A DNA stretch of 60,462 bases, counting the filler, from Welwitschia mirabilis (lineage: Eukaryota), in the NCBI GenBank assembly GCA_051453625.1. It is 2 parts of one record of this genome, joined end to end, with 100 filler letters (N's around TTAATTAATTAA, not from the genome) between each part and the next. Parts side by side here need not be neighbours in the genome. Positions count along the whole stretch, not along the records: positions 1 to 29,722 come from JBOZIK010000001.1; positions 29,823 to 60,462 come from JBOZIK010000001.1. One strand, 5' to 3'. Positions 28,240 to 40,538 of the stretch are shown here, piece by piece. The position numbers and the translations under genes were made by a program. Below the pieces are notes generated by a model. It had not been told where the DNA came from, did no database searches, and was given only the letters and a program-made list of their open reading frames with translations. Numbering within the stretch: the first letter of the stretch is position 1; each line of letters starts with the position of its first letter.

Positions 28240-29562
28240 TGTTGTGATGTCAATTTATAGGAATTTGATGGTGTATTTAGAGTATTTTTGTAGGACATTT
28301 ATACAGTTTTAGATGTAATTCTGATGATTATGGAGAGTCAATGGGATGATCACGGAAACACCTAATTCTTGACATATTTGAAGGCATTTCAGGCATGTTC
28401 TAGTACTTAGTGTATTGGAGGAAGATTAATGATGAAAAAAGCTGATCATCCCCATTATCATTTCCACGACAGATAAGACAACAACACTGTATTAGCATAT
28501 TACAACAATGACTTGGATTGGATCTTGGAGAGAAGGAGCACCATTTTCTAAGGAGGTGTCATCCCCCATGTCATCCCCACGACATGAGGGACAAGGACAT
28601 ATTTGGAGTCAACTATGGGGCCAATTGTAAAGCCAAAAGCTGATGAATTATCTATTGTTATAAGGCTTCATCCCTAGTGTCATCCCTGTGACAGTGAGGA
28701 TGACAACTATTTTGTATAAATGGTGCTAAATTATCTTGTAATATGGTCATGCGCCCCATCTGGGCTACTAGGGTTTCTTCTCTGATTTGTAGGGTTACAG
28801 TTCTAGAACCTTCAATGTAAATCTACAAATACCTCCCTTGTCCTTATTTCCAATTCATCTTTTATATCCTATATTCTTGTTACAGAAGATTAAAGGACAA
28901 GAGGTTCATCTAGTAGCTATAGAGAGAAGTTTATCTTGGTGTTGAGCTAAGTATCCTCCATTGAGGTGCTACTACTTTGTTGTAAGTAAATGTAAAATTT
29001 TCATGATTAATTCAATTACTCTTTTCACTACAGTTTTGTAAATTTCCTTATGGTTTAAGTTGATCATAATTTAGTGACATTTTTATAGCTTATTTAGACC
29101 ATAAGGGCAACCTTCGTTAAGGTTGACTTTTAGATTTGCATTGTTATTTCATTCCAATTCTATATTACATTATTCATATTCTAATTGACAAGTCTTATAG
29201 TTTATGTTGGTTAGGAATAAGTAATAGATTACTTCCTAGTTGATCTAAGTTATATAGAAATAGTTCTTGTAATAAGAGGATTAGAGTCCAAATAGAATCC
29301 ATCTCACCCATTTTCATCCTTTGCATTTTACCTTCATTCATCATTGCATTGTATTTTCATATTTGATTACTTTCATGTACTAAAATAGAAAAGATTAAAA
29401 ATACTTTGTGAAATCAATTCTCTAACTTCTAGTCCAGTTCCTTTAATGGATTGCGACATTCAGGTTAAATTCCATCTATACTTGTGTGTATTTTTTCTAC
29501 AAGTATTGTGATTTATAGGTTAGACTAAAGGACTTAAGATTGCATAAATTTACACTACAACA
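28240..29562 (+). repeat. Family B Athila-type LTR B1 (5' LTR)
   Basis: TGTTGTG...CTACAACA followed by the PBS-like TTTTGATGCTATTGCTGGGGAA; left flank acaag. Confidence 0.85.
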
Positions 29563-29766
29563 TTTTGATGCTATTGCTGGGGAAGGCCGCAAGAAGTCAA
29601 AGGATTGTCACTATCCAAGTAAGTACCTCGAATTTCTATTTAGTTTATTTATTTAAAATAGTGCTGTATTTTTATTTGTAGTTTAGTAGGTTTATTTCTA
29701 CAATTTTTTGTTTTCTGTAGTTNNNNNNNNNNNNNNNNNNNNNNNNNNNNNNNNNNNNNNNNNNNN

Positions 29767-29778
29767 TTAATTAATTAA
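29767..29778. other. Artificial scaffold-join linker (stops in all six frames)
   Basis: TTAATTAATTAA centred between two runs of exactly 44 N (29723-29766 and 29779-29822), 100 nt in total. Confidence 0.95.
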
Positions 29779-29822
29779 NNNNNNNNNNNNNNNNNNNNNN
29801 NNNNNNNNNNNNNNNNNNNNNN

Positions 29823-32800
29823 TGCTATCACTTGAACATCTTTAACTTGACTAATGTTTTACTTTATGAAGTTATCATGATTAGTAAATATTTTACTTGG
29901 GCATTCTAAGTAATAAGATTGGATTTACCCAATCTTAAAACATTCATACGTCTATAAACTTCATTTTGAAGGAAGATGCCTTGGTTTTTTTTGTTCTCTC
30001 TCTCAATGATGTAAGTCTTTAGTTGCTTGGGGGTGTTCTTCCTTGTTTCTCATCTCATTACTTCATCCCTATCCTTATGAGTATTTGGTAGGAAGAAAAG
30101 AAATAAATAATGACCATGATCTTTTGTATCTCAACTAAAACTATGGTCACCATGATGTTCTACCGCAAGCCCACCGAGGCAAATTTTCCCGACAGGGGCC
30201 TTTGGCAATGCGATGTGGTAGCTGTGGGAACTCCATTTGGGGGCCAGTTGGCCATGCTGTATAGGTCCTTACTCCTTTGACAATGGTTGCACTCCCCTCA
30301 TCATGGGCAAGTAATTTTTATTGAGAGGCTATGGGATCAGTAATGTCCCTGGTGTCAATAGAAGTATTGCTTGTTTTCTAGACTCATTTTGGATATAGTA
30401 CTTCTATATGATCATTCTACTTTTTTTTTTTTATTCTGGTGTTGTTTAGGGATATGAGCTGGTGATTTCATTTCTAAGTAGCTTTTGATCTTATCATTCC
30501 TTGATTGAAAACACTAAATATACTTGGTTTCATCATAATCATTACCTATTTGAGTGAAACTTTATGAGTTTTTACATTATGTCATGCATCATTATTAGGT
30601 GATTTTATGATTTCTACCAAGGGACTTTGCTAGGGTGGAATTTTGAGTAGGTCAACAATCTTCTTCATGTTCCTAGTTATCCATTTTTATTATGTTTTCC
30701 TTAGTTGTTTTGTTTGGAATTTTCAAAGTCATTGTCATATCTTTTTCCACATAATAATTAGGATTTGATCATTTGGTAGTTTTCTAGTTGTCTTTATTTT
30801 CACTCAGTTTTTATTTATAAGGGTTGTTTTTCTTTTAAAGCACTTTAAATTGATGCATTCCTTTCACTTTGATTGATGTGTTCCTTTTGTTTTATGCTAA
30901 TGTTTTTCTATTTCTTTGCTTTTGGTTTTGCATACATCCACTTACAAAATCTTGAATACTCATGGAGTTTGGGATACATTTGAGGAGTACTTCTAAGCAT
31001 TACTTCCTTCTACTTAATGCATTATTATGGTCTCATAAGTATCTTTACCCATGGTCATGTTTTTTAGCATATTTCTTCACTTTTTACCTTCCTTCTGTTT
31101 TCTGCTGCTTTTCGACTACTTGCTTGCTTATAGACTTTTTCGGGTTTTTCCTATCTGTTCAAACATCTCATTTGATCACTGTTGTCCCACATATGTCGTC
31201 CCCATGACAAACAGGATGACAACCATCCTTTTTACTTCTGTGTAATCTAGGAAGTCGCAGGATACCTCTCTAAGCTTTCTTCTAAGATATTAAGCAAAAA
31301 TTTATAATTTAAAAGGATCATTTTGAGCTTTCACGATACATATTTATGATGAATTATTTGGATATTATTTCATATTACTTGAATAAATTTCATGGACTTT
31401 ATCTAACAAAAGCACAGTAACACACTCACAGAGTTTTCTTGCAGCTATGTTTCAGATCATCTAAAAGAAAAATGCTATATTTACTCATGTACTTTGCCCC
31501 TTATACAAAACATTAATGAACTTCTCATGCATCATTCTTTGAGATTATTACTGCTTAAAATTTACACATCAGTTTCAGCATTACTTTCTTGAATTATGCA
31601 TACACATTATCATTTTCTGAACTATCATTGTTACATTTTATGATTTGTTTGTGTGTATGACATTCATTCCTTCTATTGTGATGTGTTTAAGTAGGGGGCT
31701 TATGAATCTATTCCTGCATGATAAAATCAAACTCAAATTCCATTTTTTTAGTTGTTGATTATCTTAGTCAGATTGGCTCACAATATAGTGGATCACTCAC
31801 TTTGTCAGGGACTGACAAAACTAAGTAAGGGGCTATGTTGTAATGCCAGTTTGTAGGAATTTGATGGTGTATTTGGAGTACTTTTGCAAGACATTTATAT
31901 AGGTTTGGATGCAATTCTGATGATTATGAAGTGTCAATGGGATGATCACGGAAACACATAATTCTCGGCATATTTGGAAGCATTTCAGGCATGTTCTAGT
32001 ACTTAGTGTATTGGAGGAAGATTAATGATAAAGAAGGCTGATTTGCTTTAGCTAGAGAGCTTTGGAAGGGTGTCATCCCCACTGTTGTCCCCACAACATA
32101 TGGGACGATAGCACTATATTTGCCCATTGTGACAGCCACGTGAACTGGAGCTTGAAGCCAACGAAGTCTCTTTTCTAAGGAGATGTTGTCACCATTGTTG
32201 TCTCTACGACATGAGGAATGACAACACATCTAGAGCCCACAGCGAGGTCAATTGCGGAGCTGGAAGCTGATTAATTATCTATTGTTATGGGGCATCGTCC
32301 CCAATGTCTTCCCCACGACAGTCAGGACGACAACTATTTTGTATAAGCAGGACTGAATTATCTTGTAATGGGGTCATTTTCCCCACTTGGGCTGCTAGGG
32401 TTCCTTCTCTGACTTCTAAGGTTACGATTCTAGAACTTTCAATGTAAAACTATAAATACCTCCCTTGTCCTCACTTCCAATTCATCTTTTGTACCTGATG
32501 CTCTTGTGACAGAAGACTAAAGGACAAGAGGCCCTTCCCCTAGCTACAAAGAGAAATTACCCTTGGTATTAGGCTAAGTATCCTCCATTGAGAAGCTGCT
32601 ACTTTGTTGAAAGTGGATGTAAAAGTTTATAATCAATTCAAATACTTTTTTCACTTCAATTCTGTTTATGTCCCTTATGGTTTAAATTGGTTATAGTCTA
32701 GTGACAATTCTGTGATTTATTTAGATCACAAGGGCAACCTTTGTTAAGGTTGACTTGGTTAGTTTAGTTTTGCATTGTTATTTCATTCCAATTCCATATT

Positions 32801-33193
32801 GCATTTTCCACATTCTATTTGGCTTATCTCATAGTTCACGTTGGTTAGGAACAAATAAAGAATTCTTCTTAATTGATTTGAATTATAAAGAGCTAGTTCT
32901 TATGACAGGAGGATTAGGATCCAATTAGAATTCATCTCATTCACCTTTGATCCATTCTCATCTCACCTTCATTCATTGCAGTGCATTTTATATTGTTGTT
33001 TACTTTCATTTGTTAAAAGATCAAAGATAAAAAATACTTTTGAAAATCAATTCTCTAACTCTAAGCCTAGTGCCTTCGTTGGGATTACGACATTAGAGTG
33101 AGCTCCCGTCTATACTAGTGTGTATTTTGCAAGTATTGTGATTTACAGGTTTACCTAAAGGACTTCAGGATTGCATAAATTCACATCACAATA
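29823..33193 (+). mobile_element. Family B element 3' internal region plus 3' LTR B2 (31836-33193)
   Basis: Hairpin TTTGTCAG-GGA-CTGACAAA and PPT AAGTAAGGGGCTA precede TGTTGTAATG at 31836; ends ATCACAATA; aligns with B1, B3 and B4. Confidence 0.8.
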
Positions 33194-33848
33194 ATATACA
33201 CTCATTCCATGTGTATAACTCCTGTAATAGTGATAACTCTACGCTCCACATTGCATGTTGGTTGCCAGCTTCATTGCTACAAACTAAGGCACATGAATTA
33301 TTCTTAGCCAGTCCAGAGAAAAATATTAGTTTCATCATTAGATTAGGAATGTAAAGAACCTCAAAGGCATTTAACTTTATAGTTCTATGTTTCAACAAAA
33401 TCATATTTCCATTACCAATAACTACATTATTTTAACTAAATAGGCTGGGATCTTTATGAATGTCCTTTGAGGTACAAGAATTGATATGACCATCGAGAAG
33501 ATTTGATTATTGTGCTGGATGAAATGTTAAGTACAAGAGACTCATAATTGAAATAGGACAGTGGCATTTTGGATTACATTTCAGCATATTTGAATTCTGC
33601 TTAAAAGTTTAAACATCTGTAATTCCTAAGAACAAATATAAGGGAGAAAAATTCCTAATTCAACAAGAAATAATGAAATATTAATCAAATATGGACTACA
33701 AATTAGAAGTTTACAAAAGATTTTTCAGGAGGCCATAAAGCCTAATGAAACATTAAAAAGATCGACATTAACTATACTACAAGAATAGTTTGAATAATGC
33801 CAAACTATCCTTAGTCCAATAAAATATGGTTTAAGGTAGATGCCAAAA

Positions 33849-34877
33849 CAGTGATTTAAGAGGAGGCGACTAGCATCTGCGACTTAATCAAGCCGACCTT
33901 TTTTGAGGGCTTTCTTTGTCCAACCAATAGGAGACTAGCAACTGACCTTTATTTTGCCACTTCTGCTGATTTTTTTGTTTTTGCCAAAATTTCCTAAATA
34001 AGCCTTTAAAAAATTTAAATTTTAAAATTGTTTTTTTACTTTTTTTGTATTAACTTTGAAATGGAAATCTAATTAACATGTTATTTATTACTTTATATCA
34101 CAAAATTAACTTGCAAATGTTATGGATTTATCGTATGCTACCATGTAAACTGATTCATTGATTTATAGTTATTTGTTAGAAAATATTTATGTGGCATGGT
34201 TTTTAATGTGATTGATAACCTTATATTGAATAAAAATCATGGTATCTTCCAAAGAAAGAATGCATATTATTCACCTAGGTTGGCATAAGCTTCTCATTCA
34301 AGAAATAAATTTTTAGCTAGTTCTATCTCATTCAAGTCTATATAGCTCCTTATAAAAAGAAGAGAAACCTAATTAAAGTTGCATTGTGACCAACCTTGGG
34401 AAAAAATCCTAAATCTAAGCTGTAGTTGTTATTCAAAAATTTTTACTTTGATCATGTTCAAAAATCTTTTTGAGAAATTCTCATAGTTTATTAACATGAT
34501 TTAATTTTTTACATAGGAAACTATTATTGTACTCTCATTTGTATGTTTTAGTGAAATATCATATCTAGCTCTAGGTTTTTGGAAAAAATACTTTTTTATT
34601 TGTCTTATGATTGTGTTATTGTTCTTTCACCATTTTATAAAGTTAGAAAAATGATAACAAAGAAGCATTTAACATCATTCAATCATGTCATCTAGTCTTA
34701 AATGCATTCTCATGATGTTTATAGTTGTTATGTCATATTTGAAAACTGCTATTTCTAATTTTATTTCATTTGCTGATTTTTGTTACCAACGTTTTGCTGA
34801 CTACTCTTCAACTTGCCCACATGGCTATTGTTTTTGAGATTGCCAACTTTACAGTTTTGCCGACTTTTTAAACATTG
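33849..34877. mobile_element. Non-autonomous hAT (Tag1-like termini) element in the DUF726 intron
   Basis: Perfect 8-bp TSD TGCCAAAA (33841-33848, 34878-34885); imperfect TIRs CAGTGATTTAAGAG / CTTTTTAAACATTG; subterminal (G/C)CGACT-type repeats at both ends; AT-rich non-coding interior. Confidence 0.8.
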
Positions 34878-35417
34878 TGCCAAAACTTGAAATATCATGT
34901 CTTCTTTTGGATATAGGCAAAACTGTCTCAATTAGCTATGAATGGATGTTAATAGCTATCTCACTGTGTGAGTCTTCTCCTNNNNNNNNNNATAAGAACT
35001 GAACCCATTAAAGAGTCAACACATTCACTCTTAACTTTAATTCTAACAGGCACAAAGATATATCATATAACCAAAATTTCCTATAATCTATTGCCCTAGG
35101 TTAATGTCAGATGATGCACACTAGATATTAGCCTGAGGGGCGGAGAGGGGCGCCCTACTGTGTTGATTCCTAAAACATTTACTTGAAGGCTGCATCCACA
35201 TGCAGTGTCAATGTAATTATGATTTCTGTCCTTTAACTCTTTCCTCTGTTTGTTTTTTTTTTTTTGCTTCAAAATTGCGTCAAATATAGTTCCTTAAGAA
35301 CTGTGCTAAATGAATAGATCTTCCAGTTTAGCTGACAAGTCTATCATAAAGGAATGCACTATGCCATCAGAGACACAGAGCCAATAATCATAGAGGTAAC
35401 AAGGAGTCAGAGCTCAC

Positions 35418-35570
35418 CTCCAAAAGATGCAGCTACAGCTGCTGAGCCAGCTACAGTTCCAGTTGCTGCTGCTGCTGCAGCAAACCCACTAGCCCCTACT
35501 GCAGGTATAATTGTTCCCAGAGTAGGGGCTAGAGCACTCAAACCTGCAGCAATGGCTGGAGCTGCCAGTC
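35418..35570 (-). CDS. TMCO4: DUF726 / TMCO4-like protein, internal exon
   Basis: gattgtcag|GA...GGA G|gtgag; reads GLAAPAIAAGLSALAPTLGTIIPAVGASGFAAAAA-TGTVAGSAAVAASFG, the Gly/Ala-rich DUF726 hydrophobic region. Confidence 0.92.
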
Positions 35571-35684
35571 CTGACAATCAACAAACAATTTCTTCTTTGA
35601 AACAGCTCAAGTTTATCATTAAATGTGTTTCAAAAGCACACTCATAAAAATAGCAAGAAACATCATCTCGTTCTCTGTTCTGAC

Positions 35685-35853
35685 CTCCTGTGATTGCTAG
35701 TAAAGTTCCCCCAGTCACAGCTGCTGCACCAATTATGCCACCACGCTTCCACTTTCCCCATTTACTTTTCTTTGAATCTGTGGCCCCTGCCTCCTCTTCT
35801 TTTTCTTTCAATGCAGCCATGGCAGAGCATGCGACCGTGATCTCCATAGCACC
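35685..35853 (-). CDS. TMCO4: DUF726 / TMCO4-like protein, internal exon
   Basis: attatag|GGT...GGA G|gtcaga; GAMEITVACSAMAALKEKEEE...KWGKWKRGGIIGAAAVTGGTLLAITG; phase fits both neighbouring exons. Confidence 0.92.
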
Positions 35854-37336
35854 CTATAATGCTTAGGAAAATAAAGGGATTTAAAATTTTCAAATATCCA
35901 CATTTCCACAATATAGGCAAAGAAAAATGGCAACTTTGTCATATTCACAAATTGACGAGTGGCACTCTGATATAAGCTATCTAGATTTTTTGTTTACAGA
36001 TGTTGCTGGCTTCGATAACTGAAGAGGCAGCATATAGCTCAAACAGATAAGATGATTTTTATTGTGATGATTAGATGTCAATGTATCCTTTTTATTTCAG
36101 TTTTGATACAATGTCATTGAGTTAAGAAGAAAAGGAACGTCTTTCTGAAAGCTTAAAAGATGTTAATGTATTGTGCTCACTAGAATAAAATCAATCTCTA
36201 ATGGGTATCATGTTTCAAATGCAAGACTAGTCAATACATATAACATGGGAAAATAAACTGTAATCAACTTGCATATCATGACATGCATTGTTCAAATGAG
36301 AGTATGAAAATGATGTGAATTAAACTTCCAAAACAGTTCAAATCCTGATTACCAGAAAATGGCATGTAGGGTGTGTTTCGGGTTCTAATATTAAAGAAAT
36401 CAGAAACGAATATGTGACAAAAAACACATTCTGCATGGGAGAACTCATTTCAATGTCGACGTAAATCATACAAAAGTCATCTTGTGTTTGCATTACTTGA
36501 TGTATACCTTGTTATCTTTTCCTGAACGATGCACTGTATTTAATTACACAGACATATAAAACTACAATCTTTCTCCTTTCCTAGCTATTGAAATACCATC
36601 TACGTGTATTCATATAAACTCTCATAATCTTATGAAAGAAAATGTAAAAATATTTAAATACTATAAATCAGTTATGTAATCCTCAGAGTAATTTGTTTCA
36701 TTTTTATCATATCACTATTTCAAATTTTCACATTCTAGAATAAGCAGTGTATAAATTTAATTTAAACATTATTATATTTCTCAATTCTTTCTTGTACATG
36801 ATTTTTTTATTTCTTTTATTTCTCTCCCTTTTTAAAACCTTACCAATGCCATTCCATTTCTTGTTTTCATGTTTTGGTAACTATGGTTCATGGTTAGCCT
36901 CCAAAAGGAGTAGAATTTGTCAACAACTCAATATTGTTTAAATAATTTTCTAGAATTTAGAGTTACATTTCAAGAGTTCCAAGAGTGGTGTATCTCAATT
37001 GTATAAGGCCCATATGGATGCCAAGGATTTTATGAGAGCCCTAATTTCAGCATTTGAGAGCACATGCTAAACTGATTTCTAAAAGATGACTTTCTGCCTT
37101 TCTGGGGTTGAACTATCCAAATCATTGGACCACAATGACAGATATTAGATGAAGACCTCTTATATCTGTATAGTCTTGAGCTTCAAAAAGCAAACTAGTA
37201 AACTACTATTATGGAACATTTGCAAAACTAAATGTCATACTAATTACCAATTAACATAGCAGAACTTGCAGAAGATGAACACTGAAAAGGGAGATAAAAT
37301 TCTAAGAAGTGAAAAAATTAAGTTGAAAACAATTAC

Positions 37337-37750
37337 CACTTTTAACCAGTCAACATTGAACCAAGTGGCTATCAACCTTAGAGAGGCACGATGCCGAGCA
37401 TCATACCCTTGCTTGATTGTTGATTTTTTCTTATCAGTTTCAGGAGTATCTGCTACACAAGCAACTATCAGCTCAAAGAGAACAGCCATTTTCCTTTGTT
37501 GTGTAATCAACTTCCCTTCCTCCATTTCCCAACATGCCAAATCATTTGTCATTGTTGTCAATCCCGTCTCTATTGCATTTGCAGATCCATGGGACATACT
37601 TGCATCAGAACTTTCACCAGGCAAATGTGAAGTAGATTGAAAGCCTGTGGCCATGGCATTGACAGCATTAACCAGTTCTGTCTCTGAGTTTGATGAATTA
37701 GATGTAGATGGTTTTTCTTCATTTTCTTCTTCAGAAAGTAATCTTAGAAA
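37337..37750 (-). CDS. TMCO4: DUF726 / TMCO4-like protein, internal exon
   Basis: ttttgttacag|TTT...GTG|gtaatt; 414 nt open: FLRLLSEE...QRKMAVLFELIVACVAD...GYDARHRASLRLIATWFNVDWLKV (YDARxR family motif). Confidence 0.92.
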
Positions 37751-38591
37751 CTGTAACAAAACAAGAGAATAGAATAAGATTAAAACACAATAACCTACAA
37801 TATGGCCAACAAAAAGGCTGCAAAAGCAATAGCAAATACAGCTATTCTATAAAGGTTATGTGTTTTATATTTACAAAGATAGGAAAACGTTTGTACATTT
37901 TCCTCCTAACAGTGAAATAATAGTTAGCTAAAATGAACATTTTTGGAACCTTGTTTCCATTTTTTCTTTTGCATCAAAATGTCTTTTATTGCAATGTACA
38001 GAAATCAACTAGGAAACACACTTAACTGATTAGAAAGGCAAATGCAAATCAATATGAAAATTTTGTGTGAACTGAGATGACTCACGTGGGATGGTATATA
38101 TGAACTGCCATTTTGAACATGGAATATGAATATTTCCTACAGAATAATCAATATGGTTCATCTCATGCAGCCCTCTGTAAGTTTAAAATTTCACCAAAAC
38201 AACTTTTATCTGCATTAGTAGGTGCTATCTCCATGCACCTCCAAACATTCTAGAATTGCCTAGAGTGGATAAATTATTTCAAATCAATCTTATTAGTATG
38301 GCTTGATTCACTTAAAATGTAGGAGAGGGCCAGAAACATTAGACAATGCTTGTACTAAAATCCTTTGTAAACAATATCTATAAATGATGACGAGGGATAT
38401 AAGTACCAACACAAGTTTTTGCTCCATATATCCATTGAAGTATGTGTCATTCTAATTCATGTACAACATAAAATACAAAATTGTTATCACTCAATGTGTG
38501 TATTGATAAGCTAGTATCTTTTGAGTTCAAAGTGTTACACATTGTTATTATAGCTTGCTAATATCCTTACGCTGATATTTCTTATCATGAA

Positions 38592-39216
38592 TGATTAAAA
38601 TAAGGTGACATGTCATGAAGAAAGTGTGACATCTTTTTTCCCCCTTGCGGAAAAGTCTTTATGTCGGCCAATATTTTCAATAAGTTGGCAACATGCTGCC
38701 CTTCAAACATGCCTGCAACATGTCTCCAACATGTTGGAACATGACGTGCACAGCTAGGAGTCATAAGCAAACGTCAAAAGCATAAAAGGTGGGACATGAA
38801 CCTTCATGGTTGAGCAGTCTATTTTTGTGATATATGTACAACCTTGAAACAATATATTATGTTATTTTGCAAATCAAAAATAGATTTCAACTATGTGTAC
38901 AAGTAATATATCACTTTATATTAATTTTCTACATATAATCATTAATCTTTTTAGTTTTTACAAAGTTGATTAACAGATGTCTTGTACTTTGGCATGTTAC
39001 TGAAATCAATGGTTGCACATCACATGCTTCTTATGTCACTGTATTTTTATTATTTCTAGCTTTGATTGATTAAATACCTCTCAAAAGTATTAATCTCCTA
39101 TTTTTTATTTCAAATCGATTTTGCACTTACATTTTGCCAACTCAATGCTGACATGTATCGCCGACACAACATTTTAAGGCCACCAACATTTACATTTGCT
39201 GACATTTTAATCTATG
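38592..39216. mobile_element. Non-autonomous hAT element in the DUF726 intron
   Basis: 8-bp direct repeat ATCATGAA at 38584-38591 and 39217-39224; right end TTTTAATCTATG, left end TGATTAAAA (first bases apparently lost); decayed CCGACA subterminal motifs. Confidence 0.65.
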
Positions 39217-40538
39217 ATCATGAACATACATTTTGTATGCATCTTTATATATTTTCATATAATCATGGAACTAAAATAATATATAGTAACCTACAAATAT
39301 CTAATCTAGAATTATGAGCTGCTTCACACAAGAATACAGTCCAAAAGAATAATAAGACACTTTGATAATACAAACAGGGGTCTCTTCTGTGTCTAGCAGG
39401 CATTTCTGAGGTTGTAAACACATACTTGTTAGTGAATTATGTACGAATACTTAATGAGATTGAAGGGGAACGCCTAGTGTTAAAATTTGATGGTCGTGTC
39501 AAGTCTGATCTTCAGCCTTTCTGCATTATTATGGACTGGAAGCCCAAGAGATTATGAGACTGAAGGAGGCTGACAGGCTGTAAAATTTGGCATGACCATG
39601 TTTCATGGGCCATAATAGTGTCTGATTGCTTGGGGAAAAAGGGGAAAAGATAAAAAATCCTGGTAGAATGACTTGGCTTGGGAAGCAAATTTAGTTATGA
39701 CAATGTTTGATGTACCCAAGATGTCAACCTATACGTGCCATACACCTCCATGCTTCATCCTTTGGTAGGTTGAGTCAGTTGTTTGGAAGTGAACGTCTGT
39801 ATAGATATGATCCTCCTCCCTAATATGACGTTTGATGAACAAATGTAAACTTGATTCCTCAATAATCTAGTTCGGTTATGTAAGAAGCTTATGTATATTT
39901 TCATTAAGGATGAAATTGGTTTCAAATCTTGATGCTCATTAAAGTTTAACCACATGCTGTTATGGTTCAGTTTGCAATTTGCAAACTTTGTAATTTACTT
40001 CTACACAGTTCTAATATTATTTTCACTTCTGGAGTTAAAGTTCATACTCTTAATCTGTAACAATAAAAACATAGTAACACTCTGCAAGCTACAAAATGTG
40101 TCAAAAACAGGGTCAAAATACAAAACTGAATGTTCCATTTGATAAGACTTTCCAAACAGATAAGTTTAGATGACTTATTTGCCAAAAATGGAGTTAATTT
40201 GACATGGTTAAGCTCTCTCGAAGAATGAAGACCTTATCTTTACATTTTTACCCAAGAAAATCATCCTTGAGTTCTTAGTTCCATTAAACAAATTTCTGGA
40301 AAGATCACTAAGTTGTTCCCATACAATTCCGCTTAAGAATAATTTATCAGATGATTTTATAGGAACTTTTGGCCTTCAGAACTTACAAGCGAAGAAACAA
40401 GTTCCAACATTAGTCTGAGATAACTAAACAGACAAGAGAAAGATACCTTGGGGGTATGCAGCCCTTAACACAAAGGATGAAGCTTCTACATACTAGTCGG
40501 AGTAGTTGGTTTTTAATGGCAAGATGTTCAAGTGTCGT

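Noticed and set aside
28446..28710. CRISPR-like repeat-spacer array
   Set aside because: Degenerate units inside an LTR with spacers conserved between LTR copies; eukaryotic context and no cas genes.
35135..35160. GC-rich AGGGGCGGAGAGGGGCGCCCT as MITE end or promoter box
   Set aside because: No partner inverted repeat or TSD found.
35354..37640. Plus-strand ORFs 35354-35647 and 37266-37640
   Set aside because: Antisense shadows of the DUF726 exons.
39465..39640. RNase H-like remnant (LVLKFDG...IVSDCL)
   Set aside because: Only two weak motifs with stops between; unsupported.
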